Shown: positions 28,775 through 39,930, numbered from the stretch's first letter. The stretch is 64,000 bases of DNA from Methyloprofundus sp. (GCA_028599115.1 JAQRMR010000099.1:14197-78196), one strand, 5' to 3'. The notes: a model not told the origin generated them from the sequence alone. Numbers and translations are program-made.

Positions 28775-30628
28775 TTATTCTACTGTCACTGATTTTGCAA
28801 GATTTCTCGGCTGATCAACATCTGTTCCTTTAATAAGAGCAACATGGTAGCTTAATAATTGTAATGCGATATTAAAAGTAATCGGTGCAGTAATTCGCCC
28901 CACATTTCTAGTTACTTTTAATACATCAAAACCATCACCTGAACCGACATCTGACTGTTCATCTTCGAAAACGATCATCTGCCCCCCACGAGCTTTGACT
29001 TCTTGAATATTTGATTTTAATTTTTCCAATAAATCATCCAGTGGTGCAACAGCAATAACGGGCATATTTTCATCAATTAAAGCCAAAGGGCCATGCTTCA
29101 ACTCACCTGCAGGATATGCCTCCGCATGGATATAACTAATTTCTTTTAGCTTTAATGCTCCCTCCATAGCAATCGGGTACATTACTCCACGCCCTAAAAA
29201 TAATGCATGCTGCTTATCTGCAAAAAGTTCAGCCATTTTTTCTATGGTTGCTTCATGACCAAGCGCAGCATTAATTAGCTGAGGTAGTTTCTGTAATCCC
29301 TTCACAATGCGCTTTTCTTGTGCAGCTTCCATGCGCTTTTGCACTCGTCCCAGCGCTGTCATTAATAAAGCCAAGACAACCAGTTGTGTTGTAAACGCCT
29401 TTGTTGATGCAACACCTATCTCAGGTCCTGCATGAGTCAGATAAGTTAAATCTGATTCTCTTGTTAAACTAGACTCAGCAACATTACAAATACTCAACGT
29501 AACAATATTCATGGATTGTTTTAGCTGATTTATTTGTTGTAATGCAGCTAAAGTATCCGCCGTTTCGCCTGACTGGCTAATGGTGACAAATAAACTATTA
29601 TTTTGAACAACAGGGTTGCGATAACGAAATTCACTAGCCACCTCAACCTGACAAGGTATCTGTAAAATATCTTCGAACCAATATTTAGCAAGTAACCCAG
29701 CATGATAGCTTGTTCCACAAGCAATAATTTGCACTTGTTGAATGCTTTGGAAAATTTCCTCAGCATTCACACCAAATGCTGAAAGAACCACTTCCTCCTG
29801 TGTAATTCTACCTTCTAAGGTAGCAATAACTGCTTCTGGCTGCTCATAAATCTCTTTATGCATATAATGTTTATGCTCGCCCAGCTCAACCGCTAATGAG
29901 GATAACTCCGACTGTTTAATCGCACGCTCAACAGCATTGCCGTCCGCATCAAATATCTCAATTTTATCGCGCTTAATTTTTGCAATATCACCCTCCTCTA
30001 AAAAGATAAACCTTTGCGTGACAGGTAATAAAGCCGAAACATCTGAGGCAATAAAATTCTCCCCCACCCCAAGACCAATTACTAACGGACTGCCTTTTCT
30101 TGCTGCCACTAATAAATTAGGCTCATCCTTACAAATAACACCAATCGCATAAGCTCCTTCAAACTCCATCGTCGCTTGCTTAACCGCATCATAAAGGTCA
30201 TCAGTCTGTTGATAATAATAATGTACCGCATGCCCAATGACCTCGGTATCGGTTTCTGATTCAAAGCGGTAATTTAAGGCTTCTTGCTTAACTTTTAGCG
30301 CTTGGTAATTTTCAATAATGCCGTTATGCACCAAAGTCACTTGATCGTTACTCATGTGCGGATGCGCATTACTCTCTGACGGCACACCATGTGTCGCCCA
30401 ACGCGTATGCCCGATAGCACAGCAACCCGTTAAATCTGCACAACTTTGGGCGATTTTTTCTTCTAAGTTTTTAATTTTCCCAATAGAGCGCACTCTATTC
30501 AGATCCATTTGTGCATTGATCGCAGCAATCCCTGAAGAGTCATATCCTCTGTACTCTAAGCGTCTTAGCCCTTCCAGTAAAATTGGCACTACATTCCGCT
30601 CAGCAATACCACCAACAATTCCACACAT
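28775..30628 (-). CDS. glmS: Glutamine--fructose-6-phosphate aminotransferase
   Basis: MCGIVG, GHTRWATHG, SQSGETADT, PRNLAKSVTVE. Confidence 0.98.
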   Translation of the reverse strand: MCGIVGGIAERNVVPILLEGLRRLEYRGYDSSGIAAINAQMDLNRVRSIGKIKNLEEKIAQSCADLTGCCAIGHTRWATHGVPSESNAHPHMSNDQVTLVHNGIIENYQALKVKQEALNYRFESETDTEVIGHAVHYYYQQTDDLYDAVKQATMEFEGAYAIGVICKDEPNLLVAARKGSPLVIGLGVGENFIASDVSALLPVTQRFIFLEEGDIAKIKRDKIEIFDADGNAVERAIKQSELSSLAVELGEHKHYMHKEIYEQPEAVIATLEGRITQEEVVLSAFGVNAEEIFQSIQQVQIIACGTSYHAGLLAKYWFEDILQIPCQVEVASEFRYRNPVVQNNSLFVTISQSGETADTLAALQQINQLKQSMNIVTLSICNVAESSLTRESDLTYLTHAGPEIGVASTKAFTTQLVVLALLMTALGRVQKRMEAAQEKRIVKGLQKLPQLINAALGHEATIEKMAELFADKQHALFLGRGVMYPIAMEGALKLKEISYIHAEAYPAGELKHGPLALIDENMPVIAVAPLDDLLEKLKSNIQEVKARGGQMIVFEDEQSDVGSGDGFDVLKVTRNVGRITAPITFNIALQLLSYHVALIKGTDVDQPRNLAKSVTVE

Positions 30629-30679
30629 AAGTTTATTCCTTCTTTTAAAACATAAGGCCCTAACAGCCTTTGTTATGAC

Positions 30680-31339
30680 TTATTCATTTAACATGGTCAA
30701 GGCTCGTTGCAGATCCTGCCACATGACAGCTTTTTCTGATAATTTCCGTAATAAATAGGCTGGGTGGTAAATCACCACAACGGGAATATTTTTATATTCA
30801 TGCCCCCCCTGCCTTAACTCAGTCATGGTTAATTTACTCTGTAGCAACTGTTGCGCAGCAATGCGCCCAACTGCAAAAATCATTTTCGGTTTTAACAGGG
30901 CAATCTCACGCTCTAAAAATACCTGACACGTTGCAAGCTCCAAAGCATTAGGGTGGTTGTCATTAGCAGGCCGACATTTTACGCTATGCGTGGTAAAAAT
31001 AGCTTTACGGTCAAATTGCATCGCACGCAACATTTCGCCAAATAATTCTGCAGATTGATCCGAGAATGCCGCACCCTGCTGTTCGTCTTGTAAACTAGGT
31101 GCATCCGTTACCCATAAAAAGTCTGCCTGTTGATCGCCTGTTCCACAAACGGCCTGCTGCCGTGCTTGGCACAGTTCACACTGCTCACAAATTTTTATTT
31201 CTGCATTTAGCGCTGCCCAAGAATCATCTAAAGGCTCGATAATTTCTGTGGCTACTTGTTCAATATATTCAGCGTTCCTAGGCACCCAAACATCAATATC
31301 CATAGCCGATAAATATTGTAAACGTATTGAGTTATTCAT
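30680..31339 (-). CDS. Family-4 uracil-DNA glycosylase-like Fe-S protein with a degenerate motif A
   Basis: CEQCELC, VKCRP, YHPAYLLR; GEAPG replaced by TDAPS. Confidence 0.8.
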   Translation of the reverse strand: MNNSIRLQYLSAMDIDVWVPRNAEYIEQVATEIIEPLDDSWAALNAEIKICEQCELCQARQQAVCGTGDQQADFLWVTDAPSLQDEQQGAAFSDQSAELFGEMLRAMQFDRKAIFTTHSVKCRPANDNHPNALELATCQVFLEREIALLKPKMIFAVGRIAAQQLLQSKLTMTELRQGGHEYKNIPVVVIYHPAYLLRKLSEKAVMWQDLQRALTMLNE

Positions 31340-31389
31340 AAATTACAATATCTATCGACAGCCTGAAATAATACTTAATCAAATAAAAA

Positions 31390-32925
31390 TTAGACTTGAG
31401 GGTGCTTCTTCACCCCTTTGTCTTCTAATTTATTCAGTGCATTTAAATAGGCTTTTGCAGAAGCAATCACAATATCAGTATCAGCACCTAAGCCATTTAC
31501 TACACGGCCCGCTTTTTCTAAACGCACGGTAACATCCCCTTGCGCATCCGTACCACTATTAATATTATTCACAGAATACAGTTCTAAATTTGCAGCAACT
31601 TTTGTGACCGATTCAATCGCCTTTAAACTCGCATCAACCACACCACTACCTTCTGCAGTACCTGTAAATTCTTGCGTTCCAACCTTAACTGTCACAACAG
31701 CTTCCGGCTTCTCACCTGTTTCAGAGCAAACCTTTAAAGCAATCAATTTAAAGTGTTCTTCTTCTGTATCGGTATTAACTTCGGTAATTAAAGCTTGTAA
31801 ATCTTCATCAAAAATTTCATGTTTTTTATCCGCTAATTGCTTAAAACGGAAAAAAGCATCATTTAATTCTGATTCACTATTAAACTCAAAACCTAATTCA
31901 GTCATTCGACTTTTAAAAGCACTACGCCCAGAATGCTTACCTAAAACCATACGGTTAGCTGACCAACCGACATCTTCAGCACGCATAATCTCATAGGTTT
32001 CACGATTTTTTAATACACCATCCTGATGAATACCAGATTCATGTGCAAACGCATTCGCGCCAACAATCGCTTTATTCGGTTGTACTGGAAAACCCGTAAT
32101 ACTTGAGACTAATTTAGAACAGGTCAATATTTCTCGCGTATCTAAACCCGTCGTACAACTAAAAGCATCTTGGCGTGTTTTTATTGCCATTACGACTTCT
32201 TCTAAAGAAGCGTTACCTGCGCGCTCCCCTAAGCCATTAATAGTACATTCGACCTGTCTTGCGCCTTGCATAACAGCGGAAAGCGAATTAGCAACGGCTA
32301 AGCCTAAATCATTATGACAATGCACCGAAAAAATAGCTTTATCTGAGTTTGGAATACGTTGTATTAAATTGCCAATCGTTGAACCAAACTGTGCTGGAAT
32401 ACTGTAGCCGACAGTATCAGGAATATTTAACGTGGTTGCACCGGCATCAATCACCGCTTCTAAAATACGACATAAAAAGTCTTCATCAGAACGCCCTGCA
32501 TCTTCAGCAGAAAACTCTACATCATCAGTAAATTGACGTGCACGCTTAACGGCTCTGACAGCATATTCAACCACCTGATCAGGCGACATACGTAACTTCA
32601 TTTCCATATGTATCGGCGACGTTGCGATAAAGGTATGAATCCTTGAGCGTTCAGCTAATTTTAGCGCCTCCCCTGCTCGATCAATATCTCTATCTAATGC
32701 ACGCGAAAGGCCACAAACCGTGCTACCTTTCACCGCTTCTGCAACCGACTGTACCGCAAGAAAATCGCCTTCACTTGCCGCAGGAAAACCTGCTTCAATG
32801 ACATCGACCTTCATGCGCTCTAGCGCACGAGCAATGCGTACTTTTTCATCGGCCGTCATTGACGCACCAGGACTTTGCTCACCATCACGCAAAGTTGTAT
32901 CAAAAATGATTAATTTATCTTTCAT
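31390..32925 (-). CDS. leuA: 2-isopropylmalate synthase
   Basis: [25 protein letters not shown], regulatory domain. Start placed at the ATG at 32925 after AGGA. Confidence 0.97.
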   Translation of the reverse strand: MKDKLIIFDTTLRDGEQSPGASMTADEKVRIARALERMKVDVIEAGFPAASEGDFLAVQSVAEAVKGSTVCGLSRALDRDIDRAGEALKLAERSRIHTFIATSPIHMEMKLRMSPDQVVEYAVRAVKRARQFTDDVEFSAEDAGRSDEDFLCRILEAVIDAGATTLNIPDTVGYSIPAQFGSTIGNLIQRIPNSDKAIFSVHCHNDLGLAVANSLSAVMQGARQVECTINGLGERAGNASLEEVVMAIKTRQDAFSCTTGLDTREILTCSKLVSSITGFPVQPNKAIVGANAFAHESGIHQDGVLKNRETYEIMRAEDVGWSANRMVLGKHSGRSAFKSRMTELGFEFNSESELNDAFFRFKQLADKKHEIFDEDLQALITEVNTDTEEEHFKLIALKVCSETGEKPEAVVTVKVGTQEFTGTAEGSGVVDASLKAIESVTKVAANLELYSVNNINSGTDAQGDVTVRLEKAGRVVNGLGADTDIVIASAKAYLNALNKLEDKGVKKHPQV

Positions 32926-33029
32926 AAGTATCCTACTCATTGAGCAGTGTAGCCATTTATTTGGCTGTTCTTAAAAACCTAGTTAACTAACGATTCATTA
33001 ACTTAACTAGGATGAATAATTAGCTGTAT

Positions 33030-33779
33030 TTAGCTAATTCGAGACCTTCTTTTTTTACGCAATAAAATCACGGTCACAATCGGGCCTGATAGTGCGTAAC
33101 CAAAAAAGAATAAACATAAAACTGTCGCTGGGTTTGATAAAGTCACTGCAATTCCCAGCATAATACCTATCATTACGACAAAGGGAACTTTTCCGTGCAA
33201 GTTAATCTCTTTAAAACTGTAATAACGAAAATTACTAACCATTAATAACCCTGTTAATGAAGTAACCGTTAGAATAGCCCACGAAAAGTCTTCTGCACCA
33301 TAAGCATACTTCTCACTCACCCATACCAAACCAGCTAAAATTGCTGCGGCTGCAGGACTAGGTAAGCCTTGAAAATAGCGTTTATCTTCTATGCCTAACT
33401 GCGTATTAAAGCGTGCTAAACGCAACGCACCACCCGCTAAATGAACAAAAGCACCGACTAAACCTGCTTGCCCTAAAGACTCTAAAGACCATAAATACAT
33501 AACCGTTGCAGGCGCAGCGCCAAAGGAAATCATATCAGCCATACTGTCATATTCAGCGCCAAAATCACTTTGTGTATTAGTTAATCGAGCGACACGTCCA
33601 TCAAGACCATCCAGTACTAGAGATACAAAAATAAGCATTGCGGCTGTTTCAAACTGCCCATCAATTGCCGACGTAATCGCATAAAACCCAGAAAATAATG
33701 CCGCAGTAGTAAATAAATTAGGTAATAAATAAATACCACGACTACGTGGCTTAGCTTTTTTTTGCTCTGATTCTGTCAT
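33030..33779 (-). CDS. pssA: CDP-diacylglycerol--serine O-phosphatidyltransferase
   Basis: LPNLFT, DGLDGRVAR, EYDSMADMISFGAAP, RLARFN. Confidence 0.94.
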   Translation of the reverse strand: MTESEQKKAKPRSRGIYLLPNLFTTAALFSGFYAITSAIDGQFETAAMLIFVSLVLDGLDGRVARLTNTQSDFGAEYDSMADMISFGAAPATVMYLWSLESLGQAGLVGAFVHLAGGALRLARFNTQLGIEDKRYFQGLPSPAAAAILAGLVWVSEKYAYGAEDFSWAILTVTSLTGLLMVSNFRYYSFKEINLHGKVPFVVMIGIMLGIAVTLSNPATVLCLFFFGYALSGPIVTVILLRKKRRSRIS

Positions 33780-33941
33780 AACTTCCGTCTAATATCGCTT
33801 AAAAAATTCCTCATTATTATATAACATTTAAGCTTTATCCCAATAGAAAAAACAGTTTACCAAGTAAGCCTCTATAAAACCGAACTCCATAATTAAATCA
33901 CTTATTTAATTTTTTTAATTTCCATGTAAGAATAACCTAAT

Positions 33942-35042
33942 ATGGAGACATCAAGACACGGTATTAGCCCTTTTTCTACAACTTTATCACGCACCGCTTT
34001 AAAACAAATGATTCACCTTGTGCGTGACTTACAATTACTTTGCGAGCAGCCAAACTACCCAAGCACACTTAACAATCTGTTGCCTGTTGCACATTTTAAC
34101 CACTCACACTATTCTGTTTTGATGGGTTATGACTTCCATATAACGGAAGATAACCAAGCTAAACTAATTGAGGTTAATACCAATGCCGGTGGGTTATGGT
34201 TTGCTGACCAGAGCACTCACCCAGGTATCAAGCAATTTTCAAGCAAACTCGCTCAGCGCTTATTAGCTACCTTTTTAGCTGAGTATCGCTTATTTCATAA
34301 AAATAACAACGCAACACCTAAACTACTTGCTATTATTGATCAAGACCCTGAGCAGCAATTTCTCTACCCTGAAATGCAGATTTTTGCCCAGTTATTTAAA
34401 GCAGCAGGAATACAGTGCCTTATTATTGACCCGCGCGAACTGGTAGAAAAAAAGGCACATCTGTATTTTAAAGGCCAACGCATTGACTTAATCTACAACC
34501 GGCATTGCGATTTTTATTTCAGCACCCCTGAGATGCAGGTAGTTCATACTGCTTGGAAAAACCAAACCACCTGCATCACGCCAAATCCACGCATTTATGG
34601 ATTACTCGCTGACAAGCAACGCATGGCCAATTGGTATCAAGCTGAATCACTAGAAGCTCAGCTACCTAAAAAGATAGCTTCGCGACTACATAAGGCGCTA
34701 CCAAAAACTTACTTGCTCAATCATTTTAACTCTGATGATTTGTGGCATCAGCGCAAAAAATGGGTTTTTAAACCGCTTAATAGCTATGCTAGCCGAGGTG
34801 TTTATATTGGCGCTAAACTAACCAAAAGCAAGTTTACTAGCTTCAATGCGCAAGAGACCTTAGTACAAGAACATATTAAACCCTCAATCACACTTAACCC
34901 CGATGCTGAAAAATTTAAAACTGATTTCCGCCTTTTTACTTATCGAAATGAAATTTTAGCGCTTAGCGCAAGAATCTACCAAGGCCAAGTCACTAATTTA
35001 CGTACTCAAAATGGCGGTTTTAGCCGCGTTACTCTTCTATAA
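33942..35042 (+). CDS. Uncharacterised ATP-grasp protein (glutathionylspermidine synthase/circularly permuted ATP-grasp-like)
   Basis: GYDFH..LIEVNTNAGG, IYNRHCD, FKPLNSYASRGVY, VQEHIKP, DFRLF..SARIYQGQVTNLRT..GGF. Confidence 0.75.
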   Translation: METSRHGISPFSTTLSRTALKQMIHLVRDLQLLCEQPNYPSTLNNLLPVAHFNHSHYSVLMGYDFHITEDNQAKLIEVNTNAGGLWFADQSTHPGIKQFSSKLAQRLLATFLAEYRLFHKNNNATPKLLAIIDQDPEQQFLYPEMQIFAQLFKAAGIQCLIIDPRELVEKKAHLYFKGQRIDLIYNRHCDFYFSTPEMQVVHTAWKNQTTCITPNPRIYGLLADKQRMANWYQAESLEAQLPKKIASRLHKALPKTYLLNHFNSDDLWHQRKKWVFKPLNSYASRGVYIGAKLTKSKFTSFNAQETLVQEHIKPSITLNPDAEKFKTDFRLFTYRNEILALSARIYQGQVTNLRTQNGGFSRVTLL

Positions 35043-35045
35043 ATT

Positions 35046-37916
35046 ATGCAATCAACTCTTAAAAACATCCTAAGCTTAAGTACTCTTATTTTCACTGCTT
35101 TTGCTCTAAGCGCCTGCTCTTTTACGCCTGCATTTATGACAAACAATACTATTATCCAAAGCGAAAATGACACACGCCTCTATGAATCATTCACTTTAGA
35201 GAACCAACTAGAAGTGTTAATTATTTCTGACCCTGATGAAGATAAAGCCGCTGCCTCACTAGATGTTTTTGTGGGTAGCGCAAGTGACCCAGAAGAAAGG
35301 GCTGGGCTCGCGCACTTTTTAGAACACATGCTGTTTTTAGGCACTGAAAAATACCCAGATCCTAATGAGTACATGAATTTTATCGCACAACATGGCGGTT
35401 CTCGTAATGCTTACACAGCTAAAGAGCATACTAATTATTTTTTTGATATTGAAAATAAATCACTAGAGCCAATGCTTGATCGCTTTAGCCAATTCTTTAT
35501 TGCCCCCTTATTTAATCCTGAATTTGTAGAGCGCGAGAAAAACGCAGTTCACTCTGAGTATTTAGGGAAAATCAAAACTGATAGCCGCCGTTTTTATGCC
35601 GCAATGCAACAAGCTTTCAACCCCAAAAGTCCTTATGCAAAATTTAGCGTCGGTAGCTTAGAGACACTAGCTGATAGAAAAAATCAAGCTGTTCGCGATG
35701 ATTTATTAAGCTTTTATAAAACACACTATTCTGCTAATAAAATGCGCTTAGTCGTTTTAGGCAACGAACCACTGCCTACCCTTAAAAAATGGGTCAATGA
35801 AAAATTCTCAGCAATCCCTAATACACACGCGAAAAAAGCGGCCTTTACTGAGCCATTAATCAGCAAAAACGAAATGGCTAAATGGATTAATATTGAATCC
35901 CTACAAGCCAAACGCGAATTAGCCCTTTTATTTCCATTACCTGAAACTCAATCACACTACCTTGCTAAGCCAAGCGCTTACTTCCAGTCTTTACTGGGTC
36001 ATGAAGGTAAAGGCAGCGTACTAGCTTTATTAAAAGCAAAAGGTTGGGCAGATGAAATGAGCGCATCGACAGGGTTTAGCCATAACCAGCATGAATCGAG
36101 CTTGTATTTAGGCATTAATCTAACCCAAGAAGGCCTGAATCATGCCGATGCTATTATTGATATTGTCTTTCAATATATTCGTTTAATGCAAAAAGAAGGC
36201 GTGCAAAAATGGCTCTTTAAAGAGCAGCAACAAATGGCTGATTTGCGCTTTCGCTACCAAGAAAAGCGCAGCGCTAGCCACACTGTCACCGACCTAGCAC
36301 GAAATATGCATTACTACCCCACTCAGGATGTACTACGTGGCAATATTGTAATGAAGCAATTTAAACCTGAACTGAGCACAAAGCTTCTACAACATTTAAG
36401 TCCTGAGCGCGTATTAATTTCTTTACATGCACAGCAGCTTAAAACAGATAAAACCGAAAAGAACTATCATGTTGATTATTCCATTAAAGCGCTAACGGCA
36501 GAGCAGCTCAGTCGCTGGAGTAACTCTGACATTAACGCGGCGCTTGCTTTACCCAGCACTAACCCTTTTATACCCAACAAACTAAGTTTACACACAGAAA
36601 GCAACGCACAATCAAAACCATTATTAATTAAAGAATCGCATAATTTAGCCCTCTGGCATCAATTAGACACCCAGTTCAAAGCACCGCGTAGCAGTCTTTA
36701 CCTTGCTTTACATAACCCAGAAGCGAACCAATCACCTAAAGAGTCGCTATTAAGCGCCTTGTTAACCGGTATGATTAAAAAGCAGCTAAATAGCTACGCT
36801 TACCCTGCGAACTTGGCTGGCTTAAATTATTCTATTTACACCACAGAGCGCGGTTTAAGCATCCAATTATCTGGCTACTCACAAAAACAAGCCGTTTTAT
36901 TAGACCGTATTATTGCTGCCCTCAAGCAACCAGAAATGGATCAACAGCGTTTTGATATTTTGAAAAATAAATTTCAGCAAGATTTACATAATGCAAAAAA
37001 GCAGCAGCCGTTTCATCAAGTGCTTGCCGAATTAAAACGCAGTTTAGTCGAGCGTCGCTGGACCAACGAACAAAAACTAGAGGCACTAGTGCCTTTAACG
37101 CTTTCTGACTTAACGCATTTCTCAGAACAGTTCTTACAAAACCTACGCCTCACTCTGCTTGTACAAGGCAATACATCCAAAGATGAAGCCCTAGCCCTAG
37201 CCCAAAGAATTAAACAACAACTTCCTGTTGCTAAAGAAGCCTTAACTATTCCTGCCGCACAAACAATTAAACTCCCCATTAATACCTTAGTGGCACGGAA
37301 ATTAAATATTGATAATAACGATGCGACCTTGGCTTTATATTTTCAGGCTAAAGATAATAGCATCATGTCCCAAGCGGAAAGTCAGCTATTAGGCCGTATA
37401 CTCTCATCGGCATTTTTTGCAGATTTACGTACCCGCCAACAACTGGGGTATAACATAGGGGCTGCTTCACTACCTATGAAAGATTCACCCGGGATTATCT
37501 TTATCCTGCAGTCACCCGTTATTTCTGCTGTCGAGATTGAAGCCCGCATACGCGCTTTTATTCTTGATTATCAAGAGCAACTGAGCCAGATGCCCGAAAC
37601 AGAATTTAACAATTACAAAGCAGGCTTAATCACCCGCTTATTAGAAAAAGATAAGAGCCTACAAAAATTAAGCCATAGAAATTGGCTAGAAATTGATCGT
37701 GAAAACGCCAATTTTGATACTAAGAAAAAGATTGCTGAAGCAATAAAAAGCATTAATAAGCAAGCACTATTAACACTATATCAAGAACTATTTGTGACTA
37801 AAGCCCGTGTATTTCGTAGTTACGCCTTAGGTAAGCAATTCAATAAAAATGACTTCTCTTTAGCTGATTTAATGACTGATATAGGCACTTTCAAACAAGA
37901 TAGCGAGAAATACTAA
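35046..37916 (+). CDS. ptrA: Pitrilysin/insulinase (M16A) zinc peptidase, predicted lipoprotein
   Basis: GLAHFLEHMLFLG (HxxEH), NAYT, EKNAVHSE; signal peptide ending LSAC (lipobox). Confidence 0.85.
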   Translation: MQSTLKNILSLSTLIFTAFALSACSFTPAFMTNNTIIQSENDTRLYESFTLENQLEVLIISDPDEDKAAASLDVFVGSASDPEERAGLAHFLEHMLFLGTEKYPDPNEYMNFIAQHGGSRNAYTAKEHTNYFFDIENKSLEPMLDRFSQFFIAPLFNPEFVEREKNAVHSEYLGKIKTDSRRFYAAMQQAFNPKSPYAKFSVGSLETLADRKNQAVRDDLLSFYKTHYSANKMRLVVLGNEPLPTLKKWVNEKFSAIPNTHAKKAAFTEPLISKNEMAKWINIESLQAKRELALLFPLPETQSHYLAKPSAYFQSLLGHEGKGSVLALLKAKGWADEMSASTGFSHNQHESSLYLGINLTQEGLNHADAIIDIVFQYIRLMQKEGVQKWLFKEQQQMADLRFRYQEKRSASHTVTDLARNMHYYPTQDVLRGNIVMKQFKPELSTKLLQHLSPERVLISLHAQQLKTDKTEKNYHVDYSIKALTAEQLSRWSNSDINAALALPSTNPFIPNKLSLHTESNAQSKPLLIKESHNLALWHQLDTQFKAPRSSLYLALHNPEANQSPKESLLSALLTGMIKKQLNSYAYPANLAGLNYSIYTTERGLSIQLSGYSQKQAVLLDRIIAALKQPEMDQQRFDILKNKFQQDLHNAKKQQPFHQVLAELKRSLVERRWTNEQKLEALVPLTLSDLTHFSEQFLQNLRLTLLVQGNTSKDEALALAQRIKQQLPVAKEALTIPAAQTIKLPINTLVARKLNIDNNDATLALYFQAKDNSIMSQAESQLLGRILSSAFFADLRTRQQLGYNIGAASLPMKDSPGIIFILQSPVISAVEIEARIRAFILDYQEQLSQMPETEFNNYKAGLITRLLEKDKSLQKLSHRNWLEIDRENANFDTKKKIAEAIKSINKQALLTLYQELFVTKARVFRSYALGKQFNKNDFSLADLMTDIGTFKQDSEKY

Positions 37917-37947
37917 CTGTTTTTTCGTGCCAGTTATCACCAATAAG

Positions 37948-37989
37948 CATGCTATAAAAGGCACGCCGTATCTATCTTTTATAGCATGT
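37948..37989. terminator. Hairpin between convergent ptrA and mscS
   Basis: CATGCTATAAAAG / CTTTTATAGCATG 13-bp stem. Confidence 0.55.
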
Positions 37990-38000
37990 GAGAGGTATAT

Positions 38001-39902
38001 TTAATACTCACCTTGTAACACCTGATTATTCATTGCCTGCCCCGCCTCCTCATCTCTATTAATTTGCACATGAGTTGGGTAAGCAAAAGATAAATTATTT
38101 TGCTCTAAAATCTCAGCAATCTGAAACATCACATCTTCTTTGACCTCTAACCAACCAGTCCAATCAACCGTTTTAGAAAAACAGTAAACTAAAATATCAA
38201 TAGAAAAATCACCATAGCGATCTAAAAATACTAGCTGGTTGGATTTAATCCCTTGCTGATCTGCATGAGATAAATATCTATTCTTTTTCCTCAGCACTCC
38301 CTTTTGTTGCTTTTCCCTAGGGTTGGCAATTTCCGGGTGCTCTGCCAACATAGCTTTAATATCACTAACCGCATTTTTAATATCTTGCATATTACTTTCA
38401 TAAGTCACACCGACATGCATTTTTATTCTTCGCCCCACTGCACGGCGGTTCCAGTTGAGAACACTGGCTGTCGAGACTAAAGAATTAGGCATAGTAATCA
38501 AGGCATTATCAAAAGTTCTTATAGTAGTACTACGCAAGCCAATTTCTACAACCGTACCTTCTGCACCACCAACCTTAATCCAATCACCCATTTTAAAAAT
38601 ACGGTCGATCATAATATTTAAACCACCAAAGAAGTTAGAAAGACTGTCCTTAGCGGCCATTGCAAAAGCGAAGCCCCCTATTCCTAGAGTAGAGATAATG
38701 GCTGTCACATTAATACCCATGTGACTTAAGATAAAGGTTAATGCAACCAAAATAACGATTGTTTTTAACACCTTAACCGTTAACAGTAATAACTCCTTGC
38801 TATACTCTTTATTCCTTTTATCAGCAGCTTCTAGCCGGACTGTTGCCACACTTTCAATTAAATTAAATAGTAGATAGACATACAGCACGCTATAAATAAA
38901 GTAACTAAACTGCTCTATAGAAACTTTATAGGTTGTTTTATACATTAAGGTTGCAATAGCAAGGTCTAAGCCAAAAAAAGTAACCCAATATAAAATAGGC
39001 TTCCGAATTGATAATAAAACAATCTCAATGTGCTCTACTTTATCGTCATTTAAAATAAACTTTTCAACTAAATAATGCGTTACTCTTGATATGACAGGAA
39101 AGGCAATCATGGTTAGTAAAAATATGCATAACGCAACCAACACCCCTCCCATATCAAGTTTTAAAGGGGAAATTGCATGGTTGGCAGGCTTAAGAGCATC
39201 AATACTATTAATATAAGAGATAGCAGAAATAATTGAAATCCGCTGTAAAAAGCTGGTGACAACAATATCTTCCGGGTTATCTAAAACAAATTGAATAAAA
39301 TCAATTGATATCGTATAAGTTTGTAATAAGTGCTGATAATTTTTAACCGTCGCATCATAAATAGCACCCTCACCATTGCCTGGCTTGTTTACTTCTTTAT
39401 TTTTTTGTACTGCTTTTTTTAGACGTTTATTCGATTCAGTTAAAACCGCTTCTTCCGTTGCATAATAGCGTCCCGCACTAGCTAAGTATTGAACATAATT
39501 TGCCAGCTCCTTTTTCGCTAAATATTGCTCAACCAAATATTTATCTCTTTTAACTGCAAATAAGTTCCCTCTTGAACGATTGATATTTATTTTAGAATGT
39601 AAAAATCGCAACTCTTTTTTATGCAATGCTTTAATATCAAAACTAATCAAAGAACCACGGATCATTAAAAGTAGCGTTTGAAAGTATTGGTTTCTTTCCT
39701 TGATTAGCTCTTTAAGCGCCAGCTCCTGCTTTGCTTTATCAGTATCTTCACTATCAATCCCAAGTGCCGATATCTTTTGGTTAACTTTTGCCGCACTAAT
39801 AAAAACATCAGCAATTGTTTTGTAGTTACTATCCTCTTCTGCCTGCACGGAAAATGACAAAAGAATAAAAGAAAAAATGCTTATATAACGTATTAGTTTC
39901 AT
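38001..39902 (-). CDS. Large MscS-family mechanosensitive channel
   Basis: GIGGFAFAMAAKDSLSNFFGG, GDWIKV, EIGLRSTTIRTFD; signal peptide and long N-terminal domain. Confidence 0.92.
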   Translation of the reverse strand: MKLIRYISIFSFILLSFSVQAEEDSNYKTIADVFISAAKVNQKISALGIDSEDTDKAKQELALKELIKERNQYFQTLLLMIRGSLISFDIKALHKKELRFLHSKININRSRGNLFAVKRDKYLVEQYLAKKELANYVQYLASAGRYYATEEAVLTESNKRLKKAVQKNKEVNKPGNGEGAIYDATVKNYQHLLQTYTISIDFIQFVLDNPEDIVVTSFLQRISIISAISYINSIDALKPANHAISPLKLDMGGVLVALCIFLLTMIAFPVISRVTHYLVEKFILNDDKVEHIEIVLLSIRKPILYWVTFFGLDLAIATLMYKTTYKVSIEQFSYFIYSVLYVYLLFNLIESVATVRLEAADKRNKEYSKELLLLTVKVLKTIVILVALTFILSHMGINVTAIISTLGIGGFAFAMAAKDSLSNFFGGLNIMIDRIFKMGDWIKVGGAEGTVVEIGLRSTTIRTFDNALITMPNSLVSTASVLNWNRRAVGRRIKMHVGVTYESNMQDIKNAVSDIKAMLAEHPEIANPREKQQKGVLRKKNRYLSHADQQGIKSNQLVFLDRYGDFSIDILVYCFSKTVDWTGWLEVKEDVMFQIAEILEQNNLSFAYPTHVQINRDEEAGQAMNNQVLQGEY

Positions 39903-39930
39903 TAATATCAGTATATTAAAGGAGGAAAGT

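Noticed and set aside
30629-30679. glmS ribozyme
   Set aside because: The 51-bp gap is too short and has no conserved core.
32926-33029. Leucine attenuator upstream of leuA
   Set aside because: No Leu-rich leader ORF or terminator/antiterminator pair.
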